63,603 bases of DNA from Candidatus Woesearchaeota archaeon (GTDB lineage: Archaea; Nanobdellota; Nanobdellia; Woesearchaeales; JAWBMQ01), in the NCBI GenBank assembly GCA_038828875.1, contig JAWBMQ010000003.1, positions 1-63,603 of the forward strand. The letters are read 5' to 3'. Below are positions 62,301 to 63,603 of this stretch, piece after piece. Within the stretch, counting starts at the first letter, position 1; every line of letters begins with the position of its first letter. A program made the position numbers and the translations under genes. The notes under the pieces were generated by a model. The model had not been told where the DNA came from. It did no database searches and saw only the letters and a program-made list of their open reading frames with translations.

Positions 62301-62881
62301 TTGATGAATTATTAAGAAAGAAAGAAGAACTTGAAAAGGAAAAGAAAGAGATTCTATTACTTATGAATGAAATTGAAACTAAAAAGAAAGAAGAATTTTT
62401 GAAGTATTTCAACGTCTTGCAGGAAATTTTCAAACAAAAATTCTCAGAATTAGTTGAAAAAGGAGAAGCTAGCTTAGAGCTTGAAAGTCCTGAAACAATA
62501 TTTGATAAAGGTGTTAAAATTGTAGTTAAATTAAATCAAAAAAGATTTTTAGACATTAAAAGCTTATCAGGTGGTGAAAAAGCAATTACTGCTTTAGCAT
62601 TTATATTTTCACTGCAAGAAATTCAACCTGCTCCTTTTTATGTTTTTGATGAAGTTGATGCTCCGTTAGATAAAAGAAATGCTGAACGATTAGGAAAATA
62701 CATAAAAAAGTATTCCGAAAATGCTCAATTTATTATAGTTTCACATAACGATGCTGTTATCGTTGAAGCAGATACCATTTATGGTATAACTATGAACAAA
62801 AAAGACGCAATAAGTAGTGCTATAGCTTTAAAAATGGAAGACTATTTAAACAACAAAGAAAAAGTTAAAAATACTAGTTAA
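59369..62881 (+). CDS. smc: Chromosome segregation protein SMC
   Basis: Walker A GANGSGKSNVFDA, long coiled coils with a central hinge (GIYGFVSDLI...), signature LSGGEKAITALAF, and Walker B FYVFDEVDAPLD. Confidence 0.95.
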   Translation: MAKIIKLELEGFKSFATKTTFYFHPKFNVIIGANGSGKSNVFDAVCFVLGKSSMKDIRAENAKSLIYNGGQSKNPAKQAIVSMYLDNSKKEIPINSEVIKITRIVSQDGTSVYKINDKKTTRREILELLNIIHVNPDGYNIVLQGDIGKIVEMSSIERRQIIEELAGIRIYEEKKEKAINELEKVEQTMKDAEIIINERTERLKNLEQEKVQAEKYLKIEREIKILNASIIRNELIEIENKLKNVNEKIKKFNEKIKENEKLIDELKNEKENYVREVNEISAEIESKSNFADSDLRKRIDECKINLEKTKLQKENYEKELQKITTKKEQLKNSLKELDSKIQINKENLKKLKEELQNYNKQKENIEKEIANLKKEYNFEQLSEIENKIQEIDSNIEKLEVETNELKQKQAELMRKKDRIDFELQNLKSRIEQLKEEQKNQENLKKEIEKKKEQFKNITLKLNDKLTLDSKYSKELSNAREQSIRIEQELGKLRAQEAEKMQHLKNQRLIKFIEELKQKINGIYGFVSDLISVEEKYALAVEISAGNRLNGIVVENEDVALEIIKKLKEEKLGSATFFPLNKIKPNPKVDISKYKNISGVIDLIENLIEYDPKLKNVISYVFSNTLLIENPEISKKVGIGNIRMVSLTGELFETSGVIQGGFVQRQSSGLLNKEIKSKIEKLENDYQNYLIVIKELEQKKQQNINEIYELRKEKAELEAEIIKLEKSISNVEILDDKELKQKLFEIEKELEPVNNLLIKKLQEIAKLKTEKQKLRENLAKAKSPEVVAQLSSFEEKRNQIKQEIIKLEEQIKNNETNLKEYLLLEYDETKKLIDEEEKNEKMLKENIKNFENQLKVYEKEFKELKEKEENIYSEFKDLFKKRQELENLIKEIDIKIYEKESENREIEKEINLIELNNTEQKARYESLKEELLTYNVDEFYEESKTKLKDMLKKYQEELEELGQVNLKAIDEYNELKKNVDELLRKKEELEKEKKEILLLMNEIETKKKEEFLKYFNVLQEIFKQKFSELVEKGEASLELESPETIFDKGVKIVVKLNQKRFLDIKSLSGGEKAITALAFIFSLQEIQPAPFYVFDEVDAPLDKRNAERLGKYIKKYSENAQFIIVSHNDAVIVEADTIYGITMNKKDAISSAIALKMEDYLNNKEKVKNTS

Positions 62882-62940
62882 GTAAATATAAAAATAATAA
62901 AAATCAAAAAATCAGAAAAATAAAAAAACAAATAAAAAAT

Positions 62941-63603
62941 TTAGTTTAAATCTTCTAAAGAAAGGAGTTTAATGTTAGGATTAGAAGTTTGTGCTTTAAT
63001 TTCTACTCCAACTACATACGATATGCCCATCTTCTCTACAGTAGTTACTAAACTCTTATCAATTACACCATCTAAAATTATTGCTAACAATTTTTTATCA
63101 ATATTCTTCAACACATCGTTAAGCTCACTTGCTGGTACTTTTGCTAAAATATTGTTATCTTCATCAACAAGATATGCCCCTTTTGTTCCTAACAAATTCT
63201 CTAAAAGATCTCTATACTTAGCTAAATTTTCCTTAAAATCTGTTTTTTCAATTTTCTTTGTTTCCTTTAATTGCTGCTGATTTTGTGAAGATTTATTCTC
63301 TTTATTATCCCTTTTTTCTCGATTATTGTCCTTATTGTTATCTCTTTCTTTATCTCTATTTTGATTATTGTTTGGTGCTTGATTTTGTTGAACAGAAACA
63401 TGAACTGTTCCTGGCTCTTCTTCAGTTTCAAATTCTTTATGAACCCATTCTTCATTTCCAAAGTATTCCATCTTAGCTTGTTCTGCTGTAATCTTTGCTC
63501 TTAATGCTTGATGTATTTCTTTCTTAGTTAATTCTTCAACTTCCTTTCCAATAGGTGCTCTTGCAACATAATCTATATCTGCTGTCATTAGCAATGCTTT
63601 CAA
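62941..63603 (-). CDS. dnaG: Archaeal DnaG-type primase (TOPRIM protein), C-terminal part; 5'-partial at the window edge
   Basis: ADIDYVARAPIGKEVEELTKKEIHQALR and the C-terminal LAIILDGVIDKSLVTTVEKMGISYVVGV resemble the archaeal DnaG C-terminus as I recall it. The ORF is open at nt 63603 and contains an N/K/D/R-rich insertion. Confidence 0.55.
   Translation of the reverse strand: MKALLMTADIDYVARAPIGKEVEELTKKEIHQALRAKITAEQAKMEYFGNEEWVHKEFETEEEPGTVHVSVQQNQAPNNNQNRDKERDNNKDNNREKRDNKENKSSQNQQQLKETKKIEKTDFKENLAKYRDLLENLLGTKGAYLVDEDNNILAKVPASELNDVLKNIDKKLLAIILDGVIDKSLVTTVEKMGISYVVGVEIKAQTSNPNIKLLSLEDLN

Noticed and set aside
62972-63476. ORFs at 62972-63280(+), 63258-63476(+) and 63267-63461(-) overlapping the DnaG-like ORF.
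   Set aside because: They are alternative frames of the low-complexity region. The DnaG-like frame carries the conserved motifs.

Overview
This window is a very AT-rich, gene-dense archaeal chromosome segment. Most intergenic gaps are under 100 nt, and the tRNAs stand out as the only GC-rich islands.

Archaeal identity rests on motif-level recognition of many genes:
- Replication and chromosome: PCNA, an archaeal DnaG-type primase C-terminus, SMC, ScpB, FtsZ and RadB.
- Transcription and translation: aEF-1beta, Spt4, Rpo7/RpoE', ribosomal proteins S24e and S27ae, and diphthine synthase.
- RNA processing: RNase P Pop5 and the tRNA-splicing endonuclease EndA.
- Envelope: AglB/STT3 and archaellin-type prepilin N-termini.
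- One tRNA carries a bulge-helix-bulge (BHB) intron.

Other calls include bacterial-type GyrA, LeuRS, IleRS, pyruvate phosphate dikinase (PPDK), desulfoferrodoxin, a ferredoxin and a nitroreductase, which together suggest an anaerobe. A small-genome DPANN-like archaeon is my inference only.

I call about 70 protein genes and 5 tRNAs: Glu-CUC, Gln-CUG, Cys-GCA, an intron-containing Ile-UAU, and Ile-GAU. I see no rRNA, CRISPR array, transposase, integrase or recognisable defence genes.

Many first-in-operon genes carry TTTATAAA starting about 30 nt before the ATG, implying leaderless mRNAs. Internal genes carry GGTGA-type Shine-Dalgarno (SD) sites or ATGA overlaps.

The candidates most worth a second look are:
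1. A three-gene pilin-like operon translationally coupled to an MscS channel (26.9-29.7 kb).
2. A tightly packed MacB-type ABC operon (seven genes; desulfoferrodoxin follows after 41 nt) that embeds a hemolysin-III channel, a CARDB-like/PLDc_N surface protein and two regulators (0.7-7.0 kb).
3. An archaellin plus FlaC-like pair, and a second orphan archaellin, with no motor genes nearby.
4. A tRNA-Ile with a genomic UAU anticodon.
5. An unusually long (about 520 nt) non-coding spacer holding an iteron-like GAAATATTC array at a gene-orientation switch (55.5-56.0 kb).
6. A membrane-anchored tandem DsbA-like protein with monothiol active sites, followed by two surface proteins.

All family calls come from motif recognition by eye. 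No database or HMM search was run.
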